Virus record (IMG/VR): IMGVR_UViG_3300031965_000039
Coordinates: 1 to 54,425 of that record
Origin: a virus
Taxonomy: Duplodnaviria > Caudoviricetes
Strand: one strand, 5' to 3'
Length of the DNA: 54,425 nt
Positions 16,799 to 25,457 of this stretch are shown piece after piece (positions within the stretch are counted from its first letter, which is position 1; the number at the start of each line of letters is the position of its first letter). A model generated the notes under the pieces. It searched no databases, was not told where the DNA came from, and saw only the letters and a list, made by a program, of their open reading frames with translations. The translations under genes were made by a program, and so were the position numbers.

Positions 16799-17625
16799 TT
16801 GATCCTAAAATTTTCACTACTCTCAAAGATTACGCTGGAGACGACCGTGTAATCAGTAGTTTCGAGATGCGCGACTGGCTGGAAATGCAGCCTGAACTAA
16901 AGATTATTAGGTTCGGATTCCCGCGAGTTGATCGGCTGTGTGAAGGATTTGAGGCTGGCGAGTTAGTTGTAATATCCGGGCCCCGTAAGAATGGTAAGTC
17001 CCTTTGGGCGCAGTCCATAACGTATCACCTAAATGAGCAGGAAGTATATCCATTGTGGTTTAGTTACGAAGTAACTCCAAAGAACTTTTTCAAAAGATTC
17101 GATGTCAAAGGTTTGCCATTTTTCGCTTTGCCATTCCGGGAAATGGACAATAACCTTGGGTGGATTGAAGAAAGAATCGTTGAAGCCTTAGTCAAGTTTG
17201 GGTCCGCAGTTGTGTTCATTGATCATTTACACTATCTGCTTGACCTTGAACGCATACGTAATCCTTCTCTTGAAATCGGGACACTGATACGCAAACTAAA
17301 GAGGATATGCGTGAACTATAATATCATCATCGTGCTAATGTGTCATTTCACAAAGCATATCCGAGGCGATGAACCGGATACAGGAGATGCCCGTGATTCA
17401 AGTTTCATCGAGCAGGAAAGCGATACCGGTTTTGTGATATGGCGAGACAAAACAGACAAAAAAAAAGAATCATCATGGCTAAAACTTTGCTATGCGCGTA
17501 GGTCTGGAGCTTTTGATGAAAAGATAAAACTTAGAAAAGAAAATGGAGTGTTAGTTGAAAGCGATGATTTCCACAAAGAACCAGCGAAGGATGGAAAACT
17601 TGCGGCTGCTGGCGAGCCGTTTTAA
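16795..17625 (+). CDS. DnaB-like helicase (ATPase domain)
   Basis: GELVVISGPRKNGKS, VFIDHLH, RDSSFIEQESD. Confidence 0.9.
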   Translation: MIDPKIFTTLKDYAGDDRVISSFEMRDWLEMQPELKIIRFGFPRVDRLCEGFEAGELVVISGPRKNGKSLWAQSITYHLNEQEVYPLWFSYEVTPKNFFKRFDVKGLPFFALPFREMDNNLGWIEERIVEALVKFGSAVVFIDHLHYLLDLERIRNPSLEIGTLIRKLKRICVNYNIIIVLMCHFTKHIRGDEPDTGDARDSSFIEQESDTGFVIWRDKTDKKKESSWLKLCYARRSGAFDEKIKLRKENGVLVESDDFHKEPAKDGKLAAAGEPF

Positions 17626-17836
17626 TCTAACAATGGCCGATGTACTAAAAACGCAATTGCAGATTTGCCGGGACGATGAAACTGAATTGCTGGCTCGTCT
17701 TGTCGATGTACAACGAGAACTTAGTTTCATAAATCAGCAGGAACGCGCTGTAGTAATGGCCCGGATGGATCGTTTGAATAAACTTTTATCTTCTAATCAA
17801 GAGTACATGAAATTTTTGAAAGCTGCTGTCAAATAG
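17555..17836 (+). CDS. hypothetical coiled-coil protein
   Basis: Follows helicase; start uncertain. Confidence 0.5.
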   Translation: MKAMISTKNQRRMENLRLLASRFNLTMADVLKTQLQICRDDETELLARLVDVQRELSFINQQERAVVMARMDRLNKLLSSNQEYMKFLKAAVK

Positions 17837-17907
17837 TTCCGAGTAATCAATACGAGTGCCCTAAATGCAAGGTGGTATTTCAATAACTTTAATCCGTGAG
17901 GTGAAAT

Positions 17908-18648
17908 ATGAAATTTGAAGTAAAAGACAGGTTCAGTAGTGATATTAAATTCATTGCTGAAATAGAATGCGATAAGGATGAATCGCGTTCTGTAAAGTTG
18001 GGTTTGGCGGTAAGATGGAGAATTAAAAATTTCGCCGACTTGCGTTCCGCCGACTTGCGTTCCGCCGACTTGACTTCCGCCAACTTGAGTTCCGCCGACT
18101 TGCGTTCCGCCGACTTGCGTTTCGCCGACTTGCGTTCCGCCAACTTGCGTTTCGCCAACTTGCGTTCCGCCGACTTGCGTTCCGCCGACTTGACTTCCGC
18201 CGACTTGCGTTTAGCCGACTTGAGTTCCGCCGACTTGCGTTTCGCCGACTTGCGTTCCGCCAACTTGCGTTCCGCCAACTTGCGTTCCGCCAACTTGACT
18301 TCCGCCAACTTGAGAAAAACGATTCTCGATCCTGAAAAGCCGGCAAATGAAAAAATTGACGGTTTTGAAATGGACGAAAATGGTAACGTATTTGGCTATC
18401 GCACTCGGAAAGCCGGGCATATAGACCGGTACCGCGATGGCTGGACATACTCGGCAGACTTCTTTTCGGTCTGCGAAAAAACAGAGTGTCATCCCGGTCT
18501 TTATCTATGGCCTACGTTGGAAATGGCTCAGGATTATTCCGGCAAAGATAATGAATTCATCAAGGTTATTGCTCCGGTAGTGCATGTTCACAAGGCTGGT
18601 TCAAAATGGCGGTGTCGTTGGTTTACCGTGATTGGAAAATCAGAATAG
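17908..18648 (+). CDS. pentapeptide-repeat protein
   Basis: A(D/N)L-x-x repeats; GAGGTG SD. Confidence 0.9.
   Translation: MKFEVKDRFSSDIKFIAEIECDKDESRSVKLGLAVRWRIKNFADLRSADLRSADLTSANLSSADLRSADLRFADLRSANLRFANLRSADLRSADLTSADLRLADLSSADLRFADLRSANLRSANLRSANLTSANLRKTILDPEKPANEKIDGFEMDENGNVFGYRTRKAGHIDRYRDGWTYSADFFSVCEKTECHPGLYLWPTLEMAQDYSGKDNEFIKVIAPVVHVHKAGSKWRCRWFTVIGKSE
18031..18312 (+). repeat. 15-bp tandem coding repeat
   Basis: ~19 copies of TCCGCCGACTTGCGT variants. Confidence 0.95.
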
Positions 18649-18669
18649 CTTTCGCCTCACGGAAGCAAA

Positions 18670-18710
18670 AAGCCGCCTGCGCCGGTATGGGCGGGCGGCT
18701 GAAAATTTTT
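18670..18710 (+). terminator. GC-rich hairpin, possible terminator
   Basis: AGCCGCC...GGCGGCT stem. Confidence 0.45.
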
Positions 18711-18798
18711 CAAAAGGTGGTGTTTCAATGAGCAGATTTGCAGAAAAGACTACAGTTGCGAGTGGCATTACCGGCTCCACAGGGGAGAGAATGAGGCA

Positions 18799-18996
18799 AT
18801 GAAAATCACAGAAAAAGTGAAGAAGAATTTAAAAGAAACGTTGCTGCAGGATTTACGGGAACTTGAATCTGAATGTGGTATACCGTCAAGCCAAAAAACA
18901 TTTCTTGATAAGCAATTCCCATACGCTTTACGAATGTGGGAAAAAGCGGAGTCTGAAGAAGATTTTTGGGCAACGTTTGAATATACAATTGATTAG
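18799..18996 (+). CDS. hypothetical protein
   Basis: GAGG SD. Confidence 0.55.
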   Translation: MKITEKVKKNLKETLLQDLRELESECGIPSSQKTFLDKQFPYALRMWEKAESEEDFWATFEYTID

Positions 18997-19020
18997 CTAA
19001 AATAAACCAGTGGAGGAACG

Positions 19021-19671
19021 ATGAAAGACGTAGAAATCTTTGAACATCCATCTTTCGGCATAGTTGGATTCAGCCGTATAGATGGTCACACGCGATTATT
19101 CTCATCCGATTTGTTACACGGGAATTTCATTCAACTCGAAATCAAGACTGCGAAATTGCATCGCCATTTATGTCAAGACCAGATTTATTCCAAAAACAAG
19201 ATAATAGAAGTGTGGCTGTCCGAAGCGCAGTTCGTCAGTTTGATTTCCACCATGAACGTTGGGGATGGTGTTCCATGCACCATAAAGTGGGAACCAACAA
19301 ACGGAGAAGTTGATGAGCCGCCGATCAAAGAATCGGAATCCGAAACATCGCGGCATGAATTCAAAGAGTGGTTTTCTGGAATCGAAAAGGAGTTGCGCGA
19401 GGCGGCCTCGCAGATGCAAATGATACTTGATTCTGGCAAAGCACCGACAAAAATGCAGACAAAAGAACTGATCAGATTGACAGTGAACATAGCCAAAGTT
19501 TTCAAGAACAATGCCGTTTTCGCTAATGATCAATTCAGCCGCGCAGTAGAAAAAACCGTATCTCACGCGAAAGCAGAAATAGAGGCATTCGTAAACAATT
19601 ATGCTCATCGTACTGGAATAGAGCAGTTGAAAAGTAATCCTGTAAAGCAATTATCAAACGAGGATTTATGA
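19021..19671 (+). CDS. conserved phage hypothetical protein
   Basis: HPSFG-V-FSR...LF-SD...EV-LSEAQF...N-GDGVPCT; GGAGG SD. Confidence 0.75.
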   Translation: MKDVEIFEHPSFGIVGFSRIDGHTRLFSSDLLHGNFIQLEIKTAKLHRHLCQDQIYSKNKIIEVWLSEAQFVSLISTMNVGDGVPCTIKWEPTNGEVDEPPIKESESETSRHEFKEWFSGIEKELREAASQMQMILDSGKAPTKMQTKELIRLTVNIAKVFKNNAVFANDQFSRAVEKTVSHAKAEIEAFVNNYAHRTGIEQLKSNPVKQLSNEDL

Positions 19672-19920
19672 GACAAAAACTGATGGCAATTGACTGGCCG
19701 GCTCCGATAGGGGCGGCCCTTGAATATCTAACCCGGCCGCGGACTAAGTCGCAGTGGTTTGGTGCCGGCTTGTCACTCAGCTAACCAAAGAACATGCGCG
19801 GACGAACTGTAGATGACGGGTACCGCAATAACAAAAGCCCGCTACAAACAGCATGGCGCGACGGATACGGCACAGTCGAGATAACTTCAACGCTGAAGGC
19901 ACGAAGCCGCCATACTGTTT

Positions 19921-19993
19921 GCTGGTATAGCTCAATTGGTAGAGCGTCTGATTTGTAATCAGATGGTTGTGGGTTCAAGTCCTACTGCCAGCT
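19921..19993 (+). tRNA. tRNA-Thr (anticodon TGT)
   Basis: Full cloverleaf: GCTGGTA/TGCCAGC, GCTC/GAGC, TCTGA-TTTGTAA-TCAGA, GTGGG-TTCAAGT-CCTAC; CCA not encoded. Confidence 0.95.
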
Positions 19994-20030
19994 CAATAGA
20001 TTTGATGGGTTCTATGTTGGTGAATGAAAT

Positions 20031-20066
20031 TGGCACTTGCCACACCTGCCTGAATGAAAATTGCCC
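20031..20066 (+). repeat. 36-bp direct repeat, copy 1
   Basis: 33/36 identical to 21434-21469. Confidence 0.85.
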
Positions 20067-20093
20067 GCATCCTAAGCGCAAAATGGAGGTCAA

Positions 20094-20609
20094 ATGAGTT
20101 CAACTAACAGAGCCGCGAATCGAATATCTCAAGATGATTATCCTACACCAATTTGGTGTGTAGAATTGATCAAGCAAGAGATCAATTTTAAAAATGTTCA
20201 AAGCTTTTTAGAACCATGTCTTGGGGAAGGGAACATTTATAATACTATAAAAACTGAAGTAGATGGCGATTGGGAATGGGATGAAATAAAAGAGGGGCGC
20301 GACTACCTAAAGACTCCATGCTTTAAGAAGTTTGATTTGATCGTTACTAACCCGCCGTTTTCTTTAGCGCTTGAATTTTTACAGAAATCTCTTGGTGAGG
20401 CCTATACGGTGATTTACTTGTTGCGTCTTAATTTTCTCGGTTCGCAGACAAGGAAGCAATTTTGGAATGAGAATCCGCCGTCACACGTTTTCGTGTTGAG
20501 CAAGAGGCCATCCTTTACCGGGAATGGAACCGACTCTTGTGAGTACGCTTGGTTTGTTTGGCGTGGAATAAACTGTATGAAAAGAAAGCCGGGGATTTAC
20601 GTAATTTAG
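20094..20609 (+). CDS. amino (N6A/N4C) DNA methyltransferase
   Basis: YPTP, LEPC-GEG, VTNPPF. Confidence 0.88.
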   Translation: MSSTNRAANRISQDDYPTPIWCVELIKQEINFKNVQSFLEPCLGEGNIYNTIKTEVDGDWEWDEIKEGRDYLKTPCFKKFDLIVTNPPFSLALEFLQKSLGEAYTVIYLLRLNFLGSQTRKQFWNENPPSHVFVLSKRPSFTGNGTDSCEYAWFVWRGINCMKRKPGIYVI

Positions 20610-20687
20610 GAGGATAGCCGCCATCGAAAAGAAACCTGTGCAATTAAATTTTGATGGGATAATAACTGAGATGCATGAGAAAGCAGA

Positions 20688-21158
20688 ATGATACAGATAC
20701 TCGATTCCTGTTGCGGATCACGGATGTTTTGGTTTGACCGCAATCAGCAGGGTGTTTTATTTGCCGACAAACGCAGAGAAAGCCACATTTTGTGCGATGG
20801 GCGAGTCTTGAATATCACACCGCAAATCCAAATTGATTTTCGCAACATGCCATTTCGAGACAACTCTTTTAAATTAATTGTTTTTGATCCGCCGCATCTT
20901 CATAATCTTGGCGGATCAAGTTGGATGGCCAAAAAATACGGTCGTTTAAACAATACGTGGCAAACAGATATAACACAAGGCTTTAACGAATCGATGAGAT
21001 GTCTTGAACTTTACGGAATCCTCATTTTCAAATGGAATGAAAGAGACATACCGGCCACCAAAATTATAAAAATAGTAAATACTGCGCCATTGTTTGGCCA
21101 CATAACTGGAAAACAAACGATCTGGATGACGTTTATGAAAAAAGAGAAAGAAAAATGA
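20688..21158 (+). CDS. SAM-dependent (DNA amino-type) methyltransferase
   Basis: ILD-CCGSRMFWFD, VFDPPH, LIFKWNE. Confidence 0.88.
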   Translation: MIQILDSCCGSRMFWFDRNQQGVLFADKRRESHILCDGRVLNITPQIQIDFRNMPFRDNSFKLIVFDPPHLHNLGGSSWMAKKYGRLNNTWQTDITQGFNESMRCLELYGILIFKWNERDIPATKIIKIVNTAPLFGHITGKQTIWMTFMKKEKEK

Positions 21159-21229
21159 TTGAATTTGAGGCTTGGCGTGATACGGTGATAATTGGAGAAC
21201 CATGATTTACTTGATAGGACTTTTTTGAT

Positions 21230-21427
21230 GTGCCGGACTGCTACAAACTAACATTTACTAGCATTACCAAATACAGCTACACGGTCATGTTCAATGATCG
21301 TCTATTAGGGCATCTTGACTTCGACATAGGTAATGGGTTTGTTTTCTACGATGAACCTATGGACGGCTTCTGGACAAGCTGGGCGTTACGAGAAATATGT
21401 GATAAATTGGATGAACTCAATAGCTGA
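21230..21427 (+). CDS. hypothetical protein
   Basis: Ends LREICDKLDELN. Confidence 0.55.
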   Translation: MPDCYKLTFTSITKYSYTVMFNDRLLGHLDFDIGNGFVFYDEPMDGFWTSWALREICDKLDELNS

Positions 21428-21433
21428 CAAGGA

Positions 21434-21469
21434 TGGCACTTGCCACATCTGCCTAAATGAAAACTGCCC
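21434..21469 (+). repeat. 36-bp direct repeat, copy 2
   Basis: 33/36 identical to 20031-20066. Confidence 0.85.
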
Positions 21470-21495
21470 AATCATAAGTCAAAGGATTATTTACA

Positions 21496-21753
21496 ATGCC
21501 TGAAAAGATCTCGAAAGAAGAAATGGAAAAGCGGCGATTGTATCCGATTACTAAGCCGATACCTTCAAATGATAGACTTCTTGATGATCTTCATCTTTCT
21601 TTGAAACAAGATCGAATACCACATTGCTTAGTCGATTACAAAAATGGTCTGTGGACTATTGCGCGTGTATTTATGCCCTTAGATGGCTTGGGACGGCCAG
21701 ATCATACTCGGTATTGGGTTGAAGGTAGATCGTCAAACGTAGGTCAACTATGA
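21496..21753 (+). CDS. hypothetical protein
   Basis: AAGGA SD; last gene before terminator. Confidence 0.55.
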   Translation: MPEKISKEEMEKRRLYPITKPIPSNDRLLDDLHLSLKQDRIPHCLVDYKNGLWTIARVFMPLDGLGRPDHTRYWVEGRSSNVGQL

Positions 21754-21791
21754 GCGTCTGGTATATATTCTGAGCAGTTGATGAGGCAAGG

Positions 21792-21824
21792 AAAAAGCCT
21801 CTCGGTAAATTGAGAGGCTTTTTT
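21792..21824. terminator. bidirectional intrinsic terminator
   Basis: AAAAAGCCTCTC...GAGAGGCTTTTTT between convergent operons. Confidence 0.9.
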
Positions 21825-21855
21825 ATTAGAGGGATAGAGAGGGAAAAAGAAATTT

Positions 21856-22119
21856 TTAAAAACCTGCGATGGTTCGAGCGCGTTTGATACGCTCCTCGAA
21901 TTCAATCGCGGTATCTACCTTGACATAATTCTCCGCCAAGACAACGAAGGTAATCCAGCCGGTCCGGGTACTGCTATACCGGATTGGCACTCTGAATTTG
22001 CCACCATTGCCTTCCTCGATGCGAAGTAACGCACTTCCCCGGCGAGTGTCATAGCGGCGGCGCCAGACATCGCCAGGTTTGGTAGCTAAGGCGACTTCAA
22101 AGCGTTGTTGTGGTGTCAT
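21856..22119 (-). CDS. hypothetical protein
   Basis: Leftward operon. Confidence 0.6.
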   Translation of the reverse strand: MTPQQRFEVALATKPGDVWRRRYDTRRGSALLRIEEGNGGKFRVPIRYSSTRTGWITFVVLAENYVKVDTAIEFEERIKRARTIAGF

Positions 22120-22141
22120 TGTTCAATTCCGAAATTAATTT

Positions 22142-22336
22142 TTATGGCTTGACATTCTTCTTTCTTTTGACTTCGCAAGCCGCGCAAAGGCCGAGTTCTG
22201 TATTCCATTCCTCTCGTTTAGCTTGAGTAATAGTATCGGTTTTGGCATCTCTCACTGATACATGAGAGAAGCTATCAATCATCTCAGAACATCCATTACA
22301 GATCAGGCAGACTTCATAGCTGAATTTTGGTTTCAT
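22142..22336 (-). CDS. small zinc-binding protein
   Basis: CNGC...LCAAC. Confidence 0.6.
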   Translation of the reverse strand: MKPKFSYEVCLICNGCSEMIDSFSHVSVRDAKTDTITQAKREEWNTELGLCAACEVKRKKNVKP

Positions 22337-22548
22337 GGCTTGACTTCTGCTATCGGTTGTGTTACGAGCTGCGCTGTATGCGATTGAACCTCGACCAATT
22401 CAACTTTAACGGGCCCCAGTCGAGCCAAACTAAGAAGTTTGACAATATGTGAATTTGCACTGTCGCCGGCAACAGCAGCCTCACGATAAAGGCGTTGTTG
22501 TAATGCTTCTGGCATTCGGATTATAACATTTACTCTTTTTTCTTTCAC
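22333..22548 (-). CDS. Arc-like ribbon-helix-helix protein
   Basis: VIIRMPEALQQRL-EA...S-NS-IV-LL. Confidence 0.8.
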   Translation of the reverse strand: MKEKRVNVIIRMPEALQQRLYREAAVAGDSANSHIVKLLSLARLGPVKVELVEVQSHTAQLVTQPIAEVKP

Positions 22549-22730
22549 TGGTTCACCTCCTTTTGACTTTCGGCGATAAAAATATCGGCAAAATCAAATG
22601 CTTCTCTCACCAGCATTTCTTTCAAATTACCTGGCGCCGATGAAATTAATGATTTCCCAATCTCAACAGCAATTTTAAGCCTGAATTTTGCTTGTTGATT
22701 TGGTGTCATATCCATGAAATAGGTTGTCAT
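22545..22730 (-). CDS. hypothetical protein
   Basis: GGAGG SD before MTTYF. Confidence 0.6.
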   Translation of the reverse strand: MTTYFMDMTPNQQAKFRLKIAVEIGKSLISSAPGNLKEMLVREAFDFADIFIAESQKEVNQ

Positions 22731-22761
22731 AATTTTACCTCCGTAATGGTTTGATTCCCCG

Positions 22762-22962
22762 TTACCATATTCCATGCTTGCGGCGCGATTCATCTATCTT
22801 TTGCGCCATGTCACAGATTTTCAACTTTACATCAAACATCAAAGTTGAGCCTGTTGCCGGATCGGTCGCTGACAAGCCATGGTCCGGCAGGTCTTCGCTG
22901 CGGTAATCATAAGGCTTAATGTCAGTGAAACCGCAGCTTTCGAGAAATGTTTTCTTTGTCAT
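22762..22962 (-). CDS. hypothetical protein
   Basis: Overlap packing. Confidence 0.55.
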   Translation of the reverse strand: MTKKTFLESCGFTDIKPYDYRSEDLPDHGLSATDPATGSTLMFDVKLKICDMAQKIDESRRKHGIW

Positions 22963-23156
22963 TTCACCACCGTTATCGGGCGATTGTGGATCATTTCAGC
23001 CTTGATTTCTTGCCGGCGATCTATTTCTAACATACGTAAACGCCGCATTTCGATTTTGCGTTGGGCTGGTGGATTGGTTCTGAGAATTGTTTCGATGATG
23101 TGCAAGCGCGTATTGCACTTCGCGAGTCGTTTTTCAGTAGGTGCGAGATGGTGCAT
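22959..23156 (-). CDS. hypothetical protein
   Basis: AGGA SD. Confidence 0.5.
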   Translation of the reverse strand: MHHLAPTEKRLAKCNTRLHIIETILRTNPPAQRKIEMRRLRMLEIDRRQEIKAEMIHNRPITVVK

Positions 23157-23217
23157 GATGCTTCCTGTTTAAAGTGTAAAGTTGATTTATATTGGCATAA
23201 TACCAGCATCGGCGAAA

Positions 23218-23421
23218 CTATTTGTCGATAACTACCCAATTGATAGCTTCAATCCGTCCGGTTTTTAACCCGACGGCGATAACAGTTTGTACAGCGGAAC
23301 TATCGCCGATCGCCTTTGCAGACGGAATGATGGAACGTAGGACGGCAAGGGTTTCGCTGTCCGTGCTGTATAGCTTTTCGTTTAGTTCAAATAGTTGCTT
23401 GTCTTTCATGGTTGTTTTCAT
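23218..23421 (-). CDS. hypothetical protein
   Basis: CACGGAGGTGCA leader. Confidence 0.65.
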   Translation of the reverse strand: MKTTMKDKQLFELNEKLYSTDSETLAVLRSIIPSAKAIGDSSAVQTVIAVGLKTGRIEAINWVVIDK

Positions 23422-23656
23422 TTTTGCACCTCCGTGCAGTTAGTAAACCTATGCCCGGCGAACCGGTCTTTAGTGCTCCGTTACGTACCCACTCAAAATA
23501 TACATTTTCAGTTGGGAATTTACTTCTTAAAAACGTTACTGGGGGGTAATCCCCCCTTACTTCCTCGTCGAGATTATTTAAATAATCTTGATATTCGGCA
23601 GGAGTGCCGAATCTTTCGATAATTCCGGAATTTGTAATAATAAATTCATTTTTCAT
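23387..23656 (-). CDS. hypothetical protein
   Basis: CACGGAGGTGCA leader. Confidence 0.6.
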   Translation of the reverse strand: MKNEFIITNSGIIERFGTPAEYQDYLNNLDEEVRGDYPPVTFLRSKFPTENVYFEWVRNGALKTGSPGIGLLTARRCKNENNHERQATI

Positions 23657-23682
23657 AATGCACCTCCGTGCTTTGGTAAAAC

Positions 23683-23874
23683 CTATGACTTGCGTCTTGA
23701 AGTTATTGGCCCAGCTGCTACGAGACGATTTTCCAGGGCCAGTTGCTGAATTGCAGTTTCTTTTTTAAATGTGAGAGTATTCAACTCTGCTCTGATGCTA
23801 TCCATCATATCATAATCTAAGAGCTTCCGTGCCGCGATGTAGGCGGCGATTAATTCTGTTCTGGTTTTTTTCAT
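23683..23874 (-). CDS. hypothetical protein
   Basis: AAGGA SD. Confidence 0.6.
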   Translation of the reverse strand: MKKTRTELIAAYIAARKLLDYDMMDSIRAELNTLTFKKETAIQQLALENRLVAAGPITSRRKS

Positions 23875-24100
23875 AGCTGAATTTCCTTGTTAGTTGTAGC
23901 TCCCGGCCAGCGTGTCTTACGTCCGAGTGCTTGCCGGGAGTTTGAACGGAGGTTCGGTTATTCTTCGATTTCTTCTGAGCGAAGCTGTTCCGGTTCGAGG
24001 CTGTTCCAGTCGATTGAGCCAACTTCGAGGAAAAACTCTTCCAAGAGCCATATCGCCCAATCCTCGCGGCTAACATCAAAGCCCGCTTGTCGGTTTTCAT
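23810..24100 (-). CDS. hypothetical protein
   Basis: GAGG SD; TAATG overlap with upstream gene; 3' part uncertain. Confidence 0.45.
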   Translation of the reverse strand: MKTDKRALMLAARIGRYGSWKSFSSKLAQSTGTASNRNSFAQKKSKNNRTSVQTPGKHSDVRHAGRELQLTRKFSYEKNQNRINRRLHRGTEALRL

Positions 24101-24312
24101 TAGAATTGCCTCTTCATTGAGTTGAGTTCTTCGTGTGTGCCAGAAAGCGGCACAATTGGATTGCCGTAGGATTGAAACGCTTTGCGATATTCATTCCCTT
24201 TTGTGTCGTGATAGGAAGCAATTACATAAGTTAAGCGGCGGCGTCTATCTTGGCCGGGAATTGCTTTTTCTTCGCGGCTGACAATGTGAGAAAGTATTAG
24301 TGTTGCTTCCAT
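24100..24312 (-). CDS. hypothetical protein
   Basis: Operon packing. Confidence 0.6.
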   Translation of the reverse strand: MEATLILSHIVSREEKAIPGQDRRRRLTYVIASYHDTKGNEYRKAFQSYGNPIVPLSGTHEELNSMKRQF

Positions 24313-24313
24313 C

Positions 24314-24580
24314 TTAGTTGTGTCCCTTTTCCATCAAACGTTCAAACTCGTCGATGGACTTCTTTTGTTCTGTTTTGCTTCTGCCGTCTTTGTACCCAAG
24401 TATCCAAGCGGCAAGTTCTTGAGCTGTACGATCTTTCATGTAACTGAATTGAATCGCGTCCCAATAGCCGTCGAGATAGTCGTTGTACTCTGAAGTAGTT
24501 GCGTGTTCGTTTAATTTCATACGCTCATAGCTGCCTTTCGGATAGTTAGTTGCGGCGAATGTACGTTTGATGATTTTCAT
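24314..24580 (-). CDS. hypothetical protein, first gene of operon
   Basis: CACGGAGGTGCA leader. Confidence 0.65.
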   Translation of the reverse strand: MKIIKRTFAATNYPKGSYERMKLNEHATTSEYNDYLDGYWDAIQFSYMKDRTAQELAAWILGYKDGRSKTEQKKSIDEFERLMEKGHN

Positions 24581-24618
24581 TTTTGCACCTCCGTGTTTTT
24601 GTGTGCAAGCAAACTGAT

Positions 24619-24634
24619 TGCAAAGTGTATGCCA
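24619..24634 (-). promoter_or_regulatory. sigma54 (-24/-12) promoter candidate
   Basis: TGGCAT-ACACT-TTGCA matches TGGCAC-N5-TTGCW with exact spacing, ~40 bp before the start codon. Confidence 0.65.
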
Positions 24635-24687
24635 AATGTAAATTCTGTGCCTAAACGTGTAAAAAGTACACTAAAAAAGGCTCAAAA

Positions 24688-24755
24688 AATCGGACCTTTT
24701 AGTTCCAATCGGAACTTTTAGTTCACTGCGTAATCGGAATTATTTGTTCCGATTA
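24688..24755. promoter_or_regulatory. three related protein-binding sites (enhancer/operator array)
   Basis: AATCGGACCTTTTAGTTCC, AATCGGAACTTTTAGTTCA, TAATCGGAA-N7-TTCCGATTA. Confidence 0.65.
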
Positions 24756-24782
24756 GCCTCATAAGTAAAATAGAAAAAAGTC

Positions 24783-24811
24783 TTGACAAATAGAAGTTTT
24801 TGTGTTATATT
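24783..24811 (+). promoter_or_regulatory. sigma70-type promoter
   Basis: TTGACA-N17-TATATT. Confidence 0.75.
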
Positions 24812-24816
24812 TATGC

Positions 24817-25263
24817 ATGGAAACCGAATCTGCGAGTTCATTTTCAGGTTTGACATTCAGCAAGAGTAGACAACTCGGGCGATGTGAAGTTATCGAGGCC
24901 GCAGAATTTCGAGATAAATCTACGACCTGGCAAGACCTTGAGCGCCAGTGTGAATCCTACCTTGAGTACTTTTTTCATGACATCCGTGTTATACGCCTGC
25001 CTAATGCCGTTTTTTCTGCAATCTACGGAAACAATAGTCTCAGTGCAAATCGCAAGGGGTTAATCTCAAAATTTCTAAAAGGCATCCCCGATTTTGTGAT
25101 TTTGCGCGAACGTGAAGGCAAGCGAGATTTCCTCTGCATCGAATTGAAACGCGGATCAGGTAAGATGCGACAAGGACAAAAGAAGTGGAGCGAAAAAGTT
25201 ACGGTTCATGTATGCAAGTCATTTGAGGATTTCCAGGAAGTATTTGAGTGCTGGTATAAATAA
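24817..25263 (+). CDS. VRR-NUC / PD-(D/E)XK nuclease (resolvase-like)
   Basis: KGIPDF...CIELKRGSGK...Q-W. Confidence 0.8.
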   Translation: METESASSFSGLTFSKSRQLGRCEVIEAAEFRDKSTTWQDLERQCESYLEYFFHDIRVIRLPNAVFSAIYGNNSLSANRKGLISKFLKGIPDFVILREREGKRDFLCIELKRGSGKMRQGQKKWSEKVTVHVCKSFEDFQEVFECWYK

Positions 25264-25268
25264 TAAAC

Positions 25269-25442
25269 ATGAAAACTGAACCGTGTGTAAAAAAAGAATC
25301 GCTTGGCTTGAGTGTGAGTGATCTGTTATGCCCAAATTGGCTAACAAAAGCTGAAATGGAGCATCCGGGATTTATGTTGCGCATGACTGACCCGGATCAG
25401 AACTCAGATAGAATAAGACGTTCATATATTTGGTTAGACTAA
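25269..25442 (+). CDS. 57-aa hypothetical protein
   Basis: Fills gap between nuclease and terminase small subunit. Confidence 0.4.
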   Translation: MKTEPCVKKESLGLSVSDLLCPNWLTKAEMEHPGFMLRMTDPDQNSDRIRRSYIWLD

Positions 25443-25457
25443 CGGAATAGAACCAAG

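Noticed and set aside
17889-18492. Antisense repetitive ORFs or a CRISPR-like array
   Set aside because: Shadows of the pentapeptide repeat; no unique spacers
19781-19978. 65-aa minus-strand ORF
   Set aside because: Antisense to the tRNA and structured region
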